DNA of 64,000 nucleotides from Narcine bancroftii (taxonomy: Eukaryota): the NCBI RefSeq assembly GCF_036971445.1, contig NC_091478.1, forward strand, positions 88,660,001-88,724,000. The letters run 5' to 3'. The notes below the pieces were generated by a model, which ran no database searches, had not been told where the DNA came from, and saw nothing but the letters and a program-made list of their open reading frames with translations. Both the position numbers and the translations under genes were made by a program. Positions 34,272-46,700 of the stretch are shown one piece after another. Within the stretch, counting starts at the first letter, position 1. Each line of letters begins with the position of its first letter.

Positions 34272-34625
34272 CAGTGATTTTCAAACTTTTTCTTACCATT
34301 CACATACCACCTTAAGTAATTCCTGTGCCATAGGTAATCACAAAGCACCAATGGCATAGGGATTACTTCAGGTGGTATGAGGGTAAAGGAAAAGTTTGAA
34401 AACCACTGTTTTAATTGTACCTCATTGACTTGTTACGTGCACAGTTTCATAACTCCAAAGGAAATGGGCCAAAGACAATTTTTCTCATGCAAAATATTTC
34501 AGTAACAATTAGGTCTAGAACAGTGGTCCTTAACCATTTTTTTCACCCTCGCATCCTAATCACAGAGAACCTATGGTATAGGCAAAGTGGAAAGTGAGTG
34601 GAAAGAAAAAGTTTGAAAACCACTG
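34272..34625. mobile_element. hAT-like palindromic MITE(s), same family as 12937-13311
   Basis: cagtgattttcaaactttt...aaaagtttgaaaaccactg; shared internal hairpin cataccaccttaagtaat / attactt.aggtggtatg; related pieces at ~33400-33500 and ~39080-39200. Confidence 0.7.
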
Positions 34626-35324
34626 ATGTAAATAGAATTGGATGTATCAATGTACATCGATAGGAATGTATAGCTATGATTGATGCTATGGATGTGAAAA
34701 GACTTTGAATGTTTTTGTAAATAATTTATTGTGAATAAAGTCTATTTTGAGGGGAAAAAAATCTGTGCTGCACAGTTGCTGCTCTTCCCCACTACTCTAT
34801 GCTACTTAAGTTAATGCTTGATACAAATCTGCCCCCTGAACCCAGCCTTGCTGAACTGAATGATCTGCTCCCCTCATTTCCAATACCATGTATTATCTCT
34901 CCCTCATGCTGGCATGGTGCTTCAAAGCTCCCCATTGTCTGTGCTGGCCTCGATGCAGCATGTGTTCTCCCCATGACCTGCACTGCTTCCTCTTCAGTTT
35001 TGGAAAGTAAATAACACTGGAGTTGCTGGAATCTGACACAAAAATTTCACTAAAGAAAATGCATTAGAGACAAATAATCAGTTATTAGGAAGACTCCAAG
35101 ATAAAAGTAAAACACAAAATATTTAAACAGTCCCTCCAAATCTAAAAGGACTGAATTGATCAGAAAATACCGTGGAATATGCTTAAAGGACCTTTATAAA
35201 TTCATCTCTTTATTTTGACTTTGCTTAAAATATGTGAGCAGCAAAGAACAAAAATGTGACTGTGACAGCTGCAATAAGTTCACACATTACAAGGAATTTA
35301 ATACATGAACTTGATTTGGAGAGG

Positions 35325-36125
35325 AGTAAAACACAAGTCCACAGACACCATAATTGAAGTAAAAACTCAGCAAGTCAAACAGTGTTCTTTATATAGCAAA
35401 GATAAATATACATAACCATTATTTTGGGTTTGAGCCTTTCATCAAGATATGAACAAAATGGTAGGGGAGAGGAGCACAGTCAACAATCTGGGTTCTGTTG
35501 GCCCACTCCCTGTTCTCCGTCTCTTCCATATCCCTCTGGAATAAATAGAGTTACAGAAAATGGATGGGAAATGGGCTGACAGGCAACAGAGAATGGTCAT
35601 AGTGCTCTGTCGGTTCTGGGACTGGAAGGAATTGTGTGGTGGTATTTTACCATGGGGTCAATGCCAAGATCAGTTTTTCCAACTCATTACTGTCTTGGAC
35701 ATCAGTGTATAGGGCACAATTTTCAAAGCTGCAGATGGGAGAAAAAAAGGAAACTGAGAATGGTAATACACTTCAAGAGGATATAATTGGAGGAGCAACA
35801 CCTAATATTCTGCCTGGGCACTCTCCAACTGGATGATGTTGACTTCTCCATTTTCTGCTAGATCACTCCCTTTCTTCCTCTCTACTCTAGTTCTCTGTCT
35901 CCTTTCCTCCAGCTCTCCACCCCCTTCCCTCTCTATTCACAAAGCTATCCCTCCCTTTCTTCTCTACCTATTGCCCCTTGCCTGTGGGCCTATGTTCCTT
36001 CCTCTGCCCTCTCCGTCCATTATTCTGTTCATACCTCGATGAAGGGCTCAAGCCCGAAATGTTGGTTGTGCCTTTTTTATCTTTGCTATATAAAGAATGC
36101 TGTTTGGCCTGCTGAGTTTACAAAA
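35325..36125. mobile_element. Penelope-like element remnant with inverted termini
   Basis: EEQHLIFCLGTLQ-type C-terminus at ~35790; 35370-35450 is an inverted copy of 36035-36120. Confidence 0.6.
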
Positions 36126-36533
36126 GCAGAAATGATGGGGCTGCCCAGCCAATCAAGCAGCATGTGTGGAAGGAGAAACTAATCAATATTTCAGGTTGAA
36201 GAGGTTTCACTGAAAATCAAGTTCTAAACAGTGAAGGAGGGGAGAGAGAAAAATAGCCAAATAATGTTCTACCTCTTCCTCAGTATCACCAACTACTCTT
36301 CTCCCGTACTTGTCCTGCATATGTACTGCCTGTATGCGTGTTTTGGACCCGACGACCCTGTTTTGTTGGGTTGTACTTTTGCAATCGGATAATAAATTTG
36401 ACTGTTTTCTCCAACATTGTGTTTTTACTTTACTCTGCGTCTGTGTTACTGTTGACTATTGCCTGCATGTTCACCTTCCCATAGCCTGTACTTGCTGAGC
36501 GCCATGCATGCGAGACTTTGCCCAGTATCGTTT

Positions 36534-36679
36534 CTTTTCCATGTGGCATGTGCCCTTCCCCTCTCACTTCATGTGCTGCCATTCTCCACGCAGCCCTCCC
36601 TGCACCCTGCGCGGAGGGAGGGAAACGAGTGTGATGCCTCGCTTGGGGAGCTCTGGAGGGCACATGCCACATGGAAAAG
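36534..36679. repeat. Perfect 23-bp inverted repeat with 100-bp spacer
   Basis: cttttccatgtggcatgtgccct (36534-36556) and agggcacatgccacatggaaaag (36657-36679). Confidence 0.9.
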
Positions 36680-37048
36680 GGTTTGTGTGTTGCTTCTGAG
36701 AACATTCTTTTAGAATTTTAAACTTAAATTTTTATTTATTCTAATTATTTTATTAATTTTACTTAATTCTTTTGCCGGTTGCTGGTTCCTTGAATTCCAA
36801 ATAACAGGGATTTTGCTGTATTCAGAACTTGTGCAAATGAAAGTAATTACACCACTAGACTTGCTTTTCCTGATACAGGGGCAAATGATGCAGTTTTATA
36901 TTACAATAAACTACTAAGTACAGGTTGATGGGAGATAGCTTTCATTTTGAAAACTCTTGAATATTTTTCAAGAGGTAGCATGGCTCAAAAATCAAGATAT
37001 TGTAATCAAGCAATGTCAACATTATTAACCAATTTATTGATGTTCTGT
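36678..37048 (+). repeat. ~371-bp direct repeat, copy B (abuts the URI1 CpG island)
   Basis: Near-identical to 31053-31424. Confidence 0.93.
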
Positions 37049-37049
37049 T

Positions 37050-37760
37050 TTGCTGCCTGCGCTCCCTGCCTCCGCCGCGCGGGGCGCTAGCGCCGTCACT
37101 AGGGCAGGTCCGACGCCTCTCTTGCGTGGGTCCTCCCCTCCCGGCATCCTCCGCGCTCGGAACATGGCGTGCAGCTGCAGGTGGTGCTGAGCCTGGAGGG
37201 GGGATTCCTTGTCGGAGCCGCGCTGGAGCTGGTGGGATTAAAAATGCGAGTGTGAGATGTTTCGTGCGGCGACGTGGTGGATGAAAGCGCCTGCCCCCTC
37301 TATGTGTGCGAGGAGCGTGGAGCCCCGCGGCCACCGTTTTCGCACACACAAACACTTCTTTAGGACTCCCCGTTGCTGAGTGTTCGCGGATCGGACCCCC
37401 GGCCGCCGCCTGCAGGGACATGGCGGACTCGCCGCCCCGCTCCGCCGCCCCGCAGACCCGCTCGCACCCGCTTTCCCGACTCAGAGAAGAGCACGACAAG
37501 GTAAAAGGCCTTTAATAGAGAGAGCGGCCAGTTGGAAGAGCGAGGAGGCTGAGCGGTGGGAGTGCCGGTCTCCGTCGGAAGGGGCGGGGACCCTCCGCCC
37601 GTTGCTTGTGTTTCGAGGGTTCGCTGCCCGGCTCCGGAGGTCCTGCTGCACCCACGACTGGTGGCGGACTTGGAGCAGCTCCGCCAACGCTGTTGCTCAT
37701 CTCTCTCCCGGTGCAGAACTTGGTGGTTCTGCAACTGTTGCGATTAACCTGTTCGACCAG
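37050..37760 (+). promoter_or_regulatory. URI1 CpG-island promoter
   Basis: CpG-dense; YY1-like AACATGGCG at 37161-37169. Confidence 0.8.
37420..37500 (+). CDS. URI1: URI1 coding exon 1
   Basis: gacATGGcg Kozak context; AAG|gtaaaa donor; lies in a CpG island. Confidence 0.88.
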
Positions 37761-40700
37761 CTTGTTTTAAGAGTCAACGCGCTGTATTTCTCTCCTAAAA
37801 CGATACAGATTTGATTTAAAAAAAACCCAAATTGCAACTGAATTGCCCCTAATCACTTTCGTTTCAACTTGTGTCTCTTTACCTGCATCGTGAACTGGGG
37901 TAACTGCTTTATTTTCAATTGTAAATAAGCAACCGACTGCCATTGAAAGAAAAGATCTGATTTGAGAAATATGAAGTTCATGTAGGGTATGGAGAAGGTA
38001 GGATATATTAGCTCAGACTCTGAAGCTTTTTTAAAAATCTGCCCCTTGTAGTGTATGCCAATGACTTTAAATTCTACCCCCTTGTTTTTGACTCCTCTGG
38101 TAATGGAGATATACCTTTATTTATTCCTATCTAGGCCCCACGTAATTTTGTGCATCTCATTTAGGTCTCCTCTGTTCCATCGAAAATATCCATCATAAAT
38201 TACAGTTTTCTAGTCCTGAGGATCTATTGTGTATCTTTCCCCGTTGCAATGATGTGTGGCAGAACTGAATGATCTATTCAAGCTGTACCCCTGAACTAGT
38301 GTGTTGAAGTCAGACTTGGCCTCCTAATTTTGTATTGTGTCGATTGGAATAATAAATATTAGCATCCTGAAAGATTTCCAAATGGGTTATCTCATACTTC
38401 TCTAGATTAGGTTTACCATTTTTTGGCCTCTTCGAGACCATCTCAATTCCGCTGCAGCTTAAAATCATTCATTTTGTATCTATGCAAAATTTCTTCTATA
38501 ATTGATATACCTTATTAAAATAAGGAATTGAATACAGAGTCCCAATGTGGCTTGGGTGATAGCCACATAGTCACAAAAGCACCCACCATTCTCTGCTTGC
38601 CTTTTAGTCAATTTTGGATTCATTGTGCCAGTCCTTTGGATCCCATGGGCTTTCACTTTTTGAGCAGTCTCCCACATGGAACCTTGGCAAAACCTTTACA
38701 TAATTCCAGGTCACGACATCAACCACTTTACCCTCATTGACCATTCTTATTATCTTAAAAAATTTAAACATATTAATCAGAAATTACTTTCCCTTGGCAA
38801 ATATATGCTAACTGTCCATGATTAATCTGTCCCCTTTAGAATTAATTCCATTCCTTTGTGCACCATCAAAGTTGAAAGAAATTGGCCTGTAATCACCTTT
38901 GTTTAAAAATCTGTGTCAGGTTAGCAATCCTCCAAACTTCTGTATACTACTTAATGGGCAGAGAGGGACTGAAGAAGTAAAGTCAGTTTATGCAATTTCT
39001 TCTCTTTTGTCTTTTAACAGACTGGAGATTTTGATTTATCCGTTTCTGAAAATGTTAACTTCCTTAAAAGGAATGTTCTCAGCTTTTTTTTCCACTCGCA
39101 TACCACTTTTAAGTAATCCCTTACTAACCACAGGACCTATGGCATCCTATAGGTGTGATTAGGTTAGTAAGGGATTACTTAAGGTGGCATGTTGAGAACC
39201 ACAGCCTAAAAACGTCGCTTTAATGCTTTTGTTCCTTTCAGTACTCCATGGTTATCTGCCTTAACTGCATAAGTAGTATATTTTCTCTCGATTGTGATGT
39301 TATTTTTAAATTTGAGACTCTGGCTCACATTCTCCACCTATCTACCATTCAATACATTTGAATGACAGGTTAGATGGTGAGACGTACTTTTTCAGTTGCT
39401 TGCAGCTGAATGTTGCATTTTCTGCCAATTAGCTGTGCTGTGCAGTCATTGGAAACTGGTATTTGATTTTCACGTGGACAGTGGTGAGCTTTGTTGGTGC
39501 TAATATTATTCATATGGAGAAATTCAGTCTTTAAAGTTTCAGGTTGCAGTTTTCCCTGTGCTGTTCTTTCATCTGTCTGGGGGAATGTTGGTGAGGAACC
39601 AGACTGAAAAATGGAGTCACGTTTGTGCTTTTTCATTCAAACTGGGTGCCTTTTCTAAATGTAAGATGGCATATTATCACTCCATTAGTCATTAAAAAAA
39701 AAAAGAGGTTAGGTGAGAACAAAAGCTAGAGAACATGGGTTAAGGATGAAAGGGGAAAAGTTTAAAGGGAATATTAGAGGGAACTTCTTCAGGCTGATAA
39801 TGGTGGGAATGTGGAACTGACATTTAAGAAAAATTTGGGCTGGTAGATGGATGGGAGGGTCATGGAGGAATATGATCTGGGTGTAGGTCAGTGGGACTAG
39901 GCAGAAAAATACAAGAAGGGTTGAAGGGCCTGTTTCTTTGCTGTAATATTCTATGGTTCGAGAACAAATCTTTGCATTTTGTATACACATTGTTTTTGTG
40001 ACTTGCTGAATGCCACGATCGGCTGTGGAAAAAGGGGAAACCAATTTGAAGGAATTACTGGTTGATTTCTAAGGGAGTTGATGTGCAAGAATTTAAATAA
40101 TTGGAAAATGTATTCCAAAATTATCATTTTTCAAAATGGAAGCGAATGTATTACAAATGGGTAAATTAGATATTCCACTCTCCCAGTTGTTGCCAGTTGT
40201 GTTTCTAGAATATTTGGAAAAATGGGTATATTGCATCATGTTTAATTGATAAACTATATGAAAGGAAAATCATTTCATGAACAATGGGCAACAAGTTAAA
40301 AGGAATACAGCAATAAATATGGAACTGGCTCCAAATTTTCACTTGCTGAAAATCTCAAAGAAAAATATAAAAAATGCTGGAAGAAGTGAAAAAGCAGCAC
40401 ATTTGGTAAACATTTTGGGCCAAGGACCATTCATCTTAATTGGAAAAGTGAAAAGATGTGTGTACCTTAATTTGCATTGTGGTGGAAGGATGGAGAGAAT
40501 GTTCGTAATAGGGTTCAAAATAAATGTGTTGTTTTCTCTGTTCCCATCTCCTTCTCTGCATCTTAAAATAGATTAGTCTTCTCATTTTACCAATTCTTAT
40601 GAAGGGACCTTGACCTGAAATGTTGGCTGTTTTTCTATTCTCACTGTCGCTGCCTTCCTTACTGAATGGTTCCACTAAAAATAGAATGTTCCACTTTTAA

Positions 40701-43700
40701 ACTTAACAGGTTATCAAAGTAATACATTTGTTGTTGCATATAAATAACATGGATATCTACTTTTTTACCTATTTACACTGAGTAACTAAATACATCATTT
40801 CGAAAACAGTTGGATTTGCTTTGCTGTTCAAGGGGCATTATGTCCACTTGGAAGTTCAACAATTTGCGCATGTATTTAATAATAGTGTAACTGAATTTAC
40901 AATGTTAATGACTTTCTTTTATATTGAAAGTATGCTTTTAATTTAAATATTCTTTTCTTTGGCTTGGCTTCGCGGACGAAGATTTATGGAGGGGGTAAAT
41001 GTCCACGTCAGCTGCAGGCTCGTTTGTGGCTGACAAGTCCGATGCGGGACAGGCATATATCGTATAGCTATTATTTTAATTTTTTTAATTTTAAGAGGTC
41101 TATAAATTAAAATTCAGGATACTGTAGTGAGCTGCATTGATCTACAAGCGAACCGGGTTACGGAGGTGCAGGCTCGCACTGGACTGATGTCGGGATGGGG
41201 GAGGGGGGGCCTGCAAAAGACCATGGGGATCATGGTGATAAGCTCTCTGAGTTCCAGTAAAGTCAGTTAATTGGTTCACCTCACTCACTGCTTCTGTGTG
41301 GATTTTCTTTTGTTTGCTGCACAGCGCACTGACCACAATGGTGACCCTGATGGTCCAATACGGGGGCACTTGGGATCACACAAGAAATGATACAAGTGAC
41401 AGAATACAGTCTCACTGAAGCTGCTGACCCTTTGGACCTCACAGCCGCTAGTCTGGTTCAAACGTGCTGAGGCCCAGTTTCAGGTTAGGCAGATCACAGC
41501 AGACTCCACAAGATATTACTGTGTGGTCAATTCGCTCAACCAGAAGACTGCTGGATGAATCACCGACTTCTTACATCAGCTGCCAGCTTGCCAACAAGTA
41601 TGAGGCAATTAAGGCACTCCTTATTCACACTTTTGACCTTTCCTCCAGGCTACTCCACATGGGCAGCCTGGGCGACCGTACACCGTCCACCTTTGAATGA
41701 TATGCTGGTGTTAATGGTCGGCCACAGACCATACTTACTATTTTAGCAGATATTTCTTGAAAGATGCCGGAAGATGTCTGCCTATTCCTCGTGGACAATG
41801 ACTTCAGCGACCCACTAAGGTTAGTAGCCTGTGCGGATGTTTTGTGGTACCTCAAACAATATGGTGGAGCATCCGTTGACCTATTTGCTGCATCACGCCC
41901 AGTGATTTGTGTGTCTCCTACTCCACCAAGGAGGCCAATTAAACCCGGTATTTCTACCAGGTTCTAGAGCCTGCCACTGCCGTCTACCTTGCTCTCATCA
42001 GGGAAACACCAAGGCTGGCCATCGCTGATAGCCACGATGGCAGGCCACCGAGACAGCCTACATTGGAATATGCAGTCAAGGTGCACTCAGGGCAGCATAT
42101 CCCTTGTGGACAAAGGGGCAGAGGTCAGTGTCTTGCCCCCCTCGAGCCAAGACTTCCGTGCCGGGAAGTCAGGACCATCCTTCTCTGCTGCCAACAACAG
42201 CAGCATGTGCAGGTACAGGGTGCAGACCATCTTGCTCGAGTTTGACTCCTATCATTTAACCTGGACCTTCATTTTGGCTGACATGTCTCAGCCCCTACTT
42301 GGCACAGACTTCCTTTGAGCTTCCTTCCTGGTGGACTTGAAAGGGTGCTGTCTGGTCAACACAGCCTAGACCTTCACTCTTTGAGAAGCCAAGTTCCCAG
42401 TTCCCCACTTGACTCGGTAACTTTTTTGGGTATGGGAAAGTCCCTCTTCAGTCCTTCTTGCTGACACACAGATGATTTGATCACATCCATGTGGACATCA
42501 TTGAGCTGCTGCTCGTTTCCAGAGATTCCACGTACCTGTTCATGATGGTGAACAGGTTCACTAGATGGCCAGAAGTTGTCCTGTTCTCAGACACCTCCAC
42601 GATATCCTGCACCAGGGCCCTCATCGCCAGCTGGATAGCCCATTTCGGCCTTTCTTCCAATATCACATTGGACAGGGTGAGGGACACAGGGCACATCTGG
42701 CCTATGGGCAGTGGTGTCTCAGCTCCTAGGGACCGAGTTACATTACACCACTACCTACCACCCTCAGTCTAATGGCCTGATGGAAAGGTTCCATTGGCAT
42801 TTGAAGACGGCCCTCATGACTCGGCTCCGAGGCCTGGATTGGGTGGACGTGCTGCCTTGAGTGCTTCTTGGCATCTGCACAGTGCCAAAGGAGGATTTGG
42901 CCATATCCTCCTCTGAGCTTGTCTATGGGGCCCACTGACAGTCCTGGGAGAGTTCGTACCAGAAGCTTACAGCCGAGAGGGAACACCTACAGTGCTGCTA
43001 ACATGACTTCATGAGAAGGTGGGCACCCTAGCCCCCATCCCAACCTCATGCCATGGTCCAGTTCCACCCTACATCTTGAAGGATCTCAAAAGACTGTGAA
43101 TATGTTTTCATAAGGAGGTGTGCACTGGACGGCCCTTCAGCACCCATATGAGGGTCCATATTACACAACAGGATTACGTGCATTTTGGACATTGGGGGTA
43201 GGCAGGAAATGTTCAAACTGGCACACCTTAACCTCAATCAACCAGTAACTGCTCCAGCCTTGTGGTGGAGAGGTTGGCTTCCCAAAAGTATGGACAGTTG
43301 ACGAACTGTGAACTCGGCATTCTGAACACCGGTTCTGGAGGGGGGGGGGGGGTTCATGTAGCGGGCTATCTGCAAGCGAACTGGGTCATGGAGGTGCAGG
43401 CTCACACTGGGCTGATGTCACAATAGTCCGGGGGGGGGGGGGGTGGGGGTGGGGCGCAAAGTAGGTTGTGCTGATAAGCTCTCGGACAGTTCCAGTAAAG
43501 TCGGTTGGTTTAGCTCACACAGCTTCTGCGTGGTTTTCTTTTGTTCACTGCACAGCACACTGACCACAGTACTTTATTTTCAAGGCTGATCTGCTTTATC
43601 TTGGAGTCTTCTTATCACTGACTATTTGTCTCTGATGCAATTTCTTTATGGATATGAATAAGGCATTACATCAAAAATCTCAAGTTCAGGAGTGTTATCA

Positions 43701-46700
43701 CATGATAGCAACAAGGAGAAGGGTTCTTCTGTGAACAGAGTAACCAGTGAGCTTGAATGTGTAAAGTAGGAGTGCAAGACTACAATTTCTGTTTCGTGAT
43801 ATAGTAAAAAGATCAATTAATACAGAATAAGGAAAGAAGCCTGTTGTGTGATTTCATGCTCTTGAACTGACTCCCTAATGAAATAATGACTTTGTGTTCA
43901 AATTTTCTTACTATTGTCTGTCTTCCCTTCTGCAAATTTCTGAATGGGAATATGGTACTAACATTTTGTGAGAATGTGCCATATCATCAGAAATGGCTAT
44001 GTTGTGTAAATTAAACTTGATTATGTAGCAAAATAAAAACAACATTTTTTCTAGTAATAGTTTTAAGGACAACTTGTATTTAAGAAATATATTATGAAGT
44101 ATTATTAAACACTTCTTGAGTAAGAAATGACTGGTTATCAGTTCTGCATATTGTGCAGGTGATGTACTGCCTTCATCTAGTTTTCTTCCATTAATGAAGA
44201 TTCGAACAACAAGAAAATGTATTGATAAATAATATTTAAAGATTTTGTCATTGGTTGATTTTGAGGAAGAAGGTGTAATATTTAATATCTGAAATTGAAG
44301 GGAAATTCAAATATATACCAATAATACAATGCTCAAAGAAAATAATAAATTGAAGATGAGCAGGAAATAATTGAGAGAATAATTGAAATTAATATGTTTC
44401 TTATTAGAAATACTAATAAATTGTATGTTTTCTCACCTCACCATTCTTTTGAATGCAAATGATTGTAGCATTTTATCTCAGATTCACAAATCAAATATTA
44501 TCCAAAATATTTTCTAATATAGCTTTTGAAGAACTCTCTGTCCTTGTATCTACACAGGAGAGGGGGAAATGCAAATAATAATAAGAATCCCTCCTGACTA
44601 TGCAATAAACCTAGAGACATGGGTAAAAATATCCAGAAATGTTTTAAAAGCTTTAATATTTGTGTAATAAACATATTGAAATAATTGAATGCTATTTTAG
44701 TTGACAAGTTACTTGGATCTATGGTGAGATACTTTAATTTTAAAAAGTGTCTGGTTCTAATGCATGGGCTCTTCATTTATTGTTTGCTTCTGTTTATAGC
44801 TTTTCTCAGCCACTTGGCAACTTTCATGCTTCTCCTTAGTACATTTTGTGCAGAAATACAGTGATCAATCTCCAGACCTCTTGTATCAAGTGCAAACACA
44901 AGAAGCTGGAAGGACTAAGCAGGTTTAATTTAATTTAGAGATACAGCATGGTAACAGGGCCTTCTGGTTCACAAGCCTGTGCCGCCCAAATATGCCCACA
45001 TGACCAGTTATCCAACCAACCCTGGATGTCTTTGGAATGTGGGAGGAAACTGGAACCCTAGAGAAAACACACATTGACACAGCACCAGATTCGAAACTGG
45101 GTCGCTACCACCGATAGCGCTCTGCTAATTGCTACACAGGTTTGGGTAGCATCCATCAAGAGAAATGGACATTTGTAGCATCTACTCTAGTAGTGCTACT
45201 AAATCAATTCACCAGATACTGATTGGCCCGGACACCTGCGATGCACTCGAAGGCCATGCGGCTTAAAGTGAAGGCGACAGGAACCTCATGTCATCTTCTA
45301 GGTGAGTGCCTAACTCCCTCCCTTAGTGCGCTGCGATTTGGCCCGCGGTGCTGCGCACGGCCTTGCAACCAGCTGCCTGAGTGGCGATTAGGTCCACGGC
45401 GCTGCGCAGCTACACAGTAAACATTTTGGATTGGGACTTTTTTGACACTCGAGAAAGGATGCCATTTCTCTCTGGATGTTGTCTGACCTGCTGAATCCCT
45501 TGAATTTAAGTTCCAGTCATTTGTCACAAAATTCCTTCTACAGGAAGAAGCGTTCTTCTGCCAGCAGAATTACAGGTGCTCCTCTAACATTCACACGTCC
45601 ATGTAAATAGCTCAATTACAGAGTTTATGATTGTAAAGCAAAGGGAGATCAATTGGCATCAAGCAATGATTGTTCGACAGCACTGTTATGGGTCCATTTT
45701 CTGGTTAAGATTATAGCACCTGGAGCTCTTGTGTTCTCTTGAGTTAACTAGCTCCTTATCATGTGTTTTTTTTTTAAACCTTTGTACTTGTGATTTCAAA
45801 ACCTACATCAACTGGTTGTAAATATCAATAGACTGACTGGTGGTTGGTTCTTGACGTTGAGGCGGCATCTGGGCTGACTTCAAGTATGAGGATCAGCAGA
45901 TGGATAGAAGATCTATGGATAACAATTACTGTATGTAATGCTTAATTTTTAAATGTTTCTTTACTGGACTTCAATTTACTTTTGAATGGTTTTAGACGAA
46001 GGTTGGAGAGCCAAGCATGCTTGACAAAGCGAGGTAAACTACTGTGGCCATCGTACTTGGGGAAAATGAATGTAGATTACGAGTGTATTAAATGAAATAT
46101 AAAATTCAGGTTATTTCATGGAAATAAGTGACCAATTTACCAAATATTAAATCTCACATAAAAATAGCACTGGTGGTAGCGGAAAAATGTATTGTGGTCA
46201 CTTGGAAGTCCGACTCCCCTCTCCTTGTAGCATGATGGATTGCGGAAATAAACAGCTGTATACCTATGGAAAAAATTACATATAACTTAAAGAATAACTG
46301 ACACTTTTGTAAAGGTCTGGCAGCCATACTTGGACCACATAGGGGCCCAGATACATTAATAAAAAGGATCAAAAAAGGCTGTAAAAGTAACTTATATACA
46401 TACAAAAACGTAGTTTCCCCAACTGTACTCTATATACTTAAAATATATGTAAGCCCTGACGGTGAACGGATATGTATGTATGGAAGGGAGGGTCTGTTTT
46501 TGTTTGTTGTGTTTGTGAGAAAAAGTTTAATATATTGTATATTTAAAATGTTTCTACGCATAATTTTTGAAAAAAAAGTATAGAATTCTTAGAACATTGT
46601 GCTTCAGCCAAGTGCTTTAGTTAGGGACTGCATTTAATAGATGGAACAAAAATAGCAAGGTACAGTCAGGAGAAAGGGTTGGGTTGCTTTGATAACTTTA

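Noticed and set aside
31053-37048. Direct repeats as LTRs of a provirus
   Set aside because: No TG..CA termini, PBS, PPT or TSD; the interior is a mosaic of unrelated repeats.
36942-37814. Several overlapping ORFs at the URI1 promoter
   Set aside because: CpG-island artefacts apart from URI1 exon 1.
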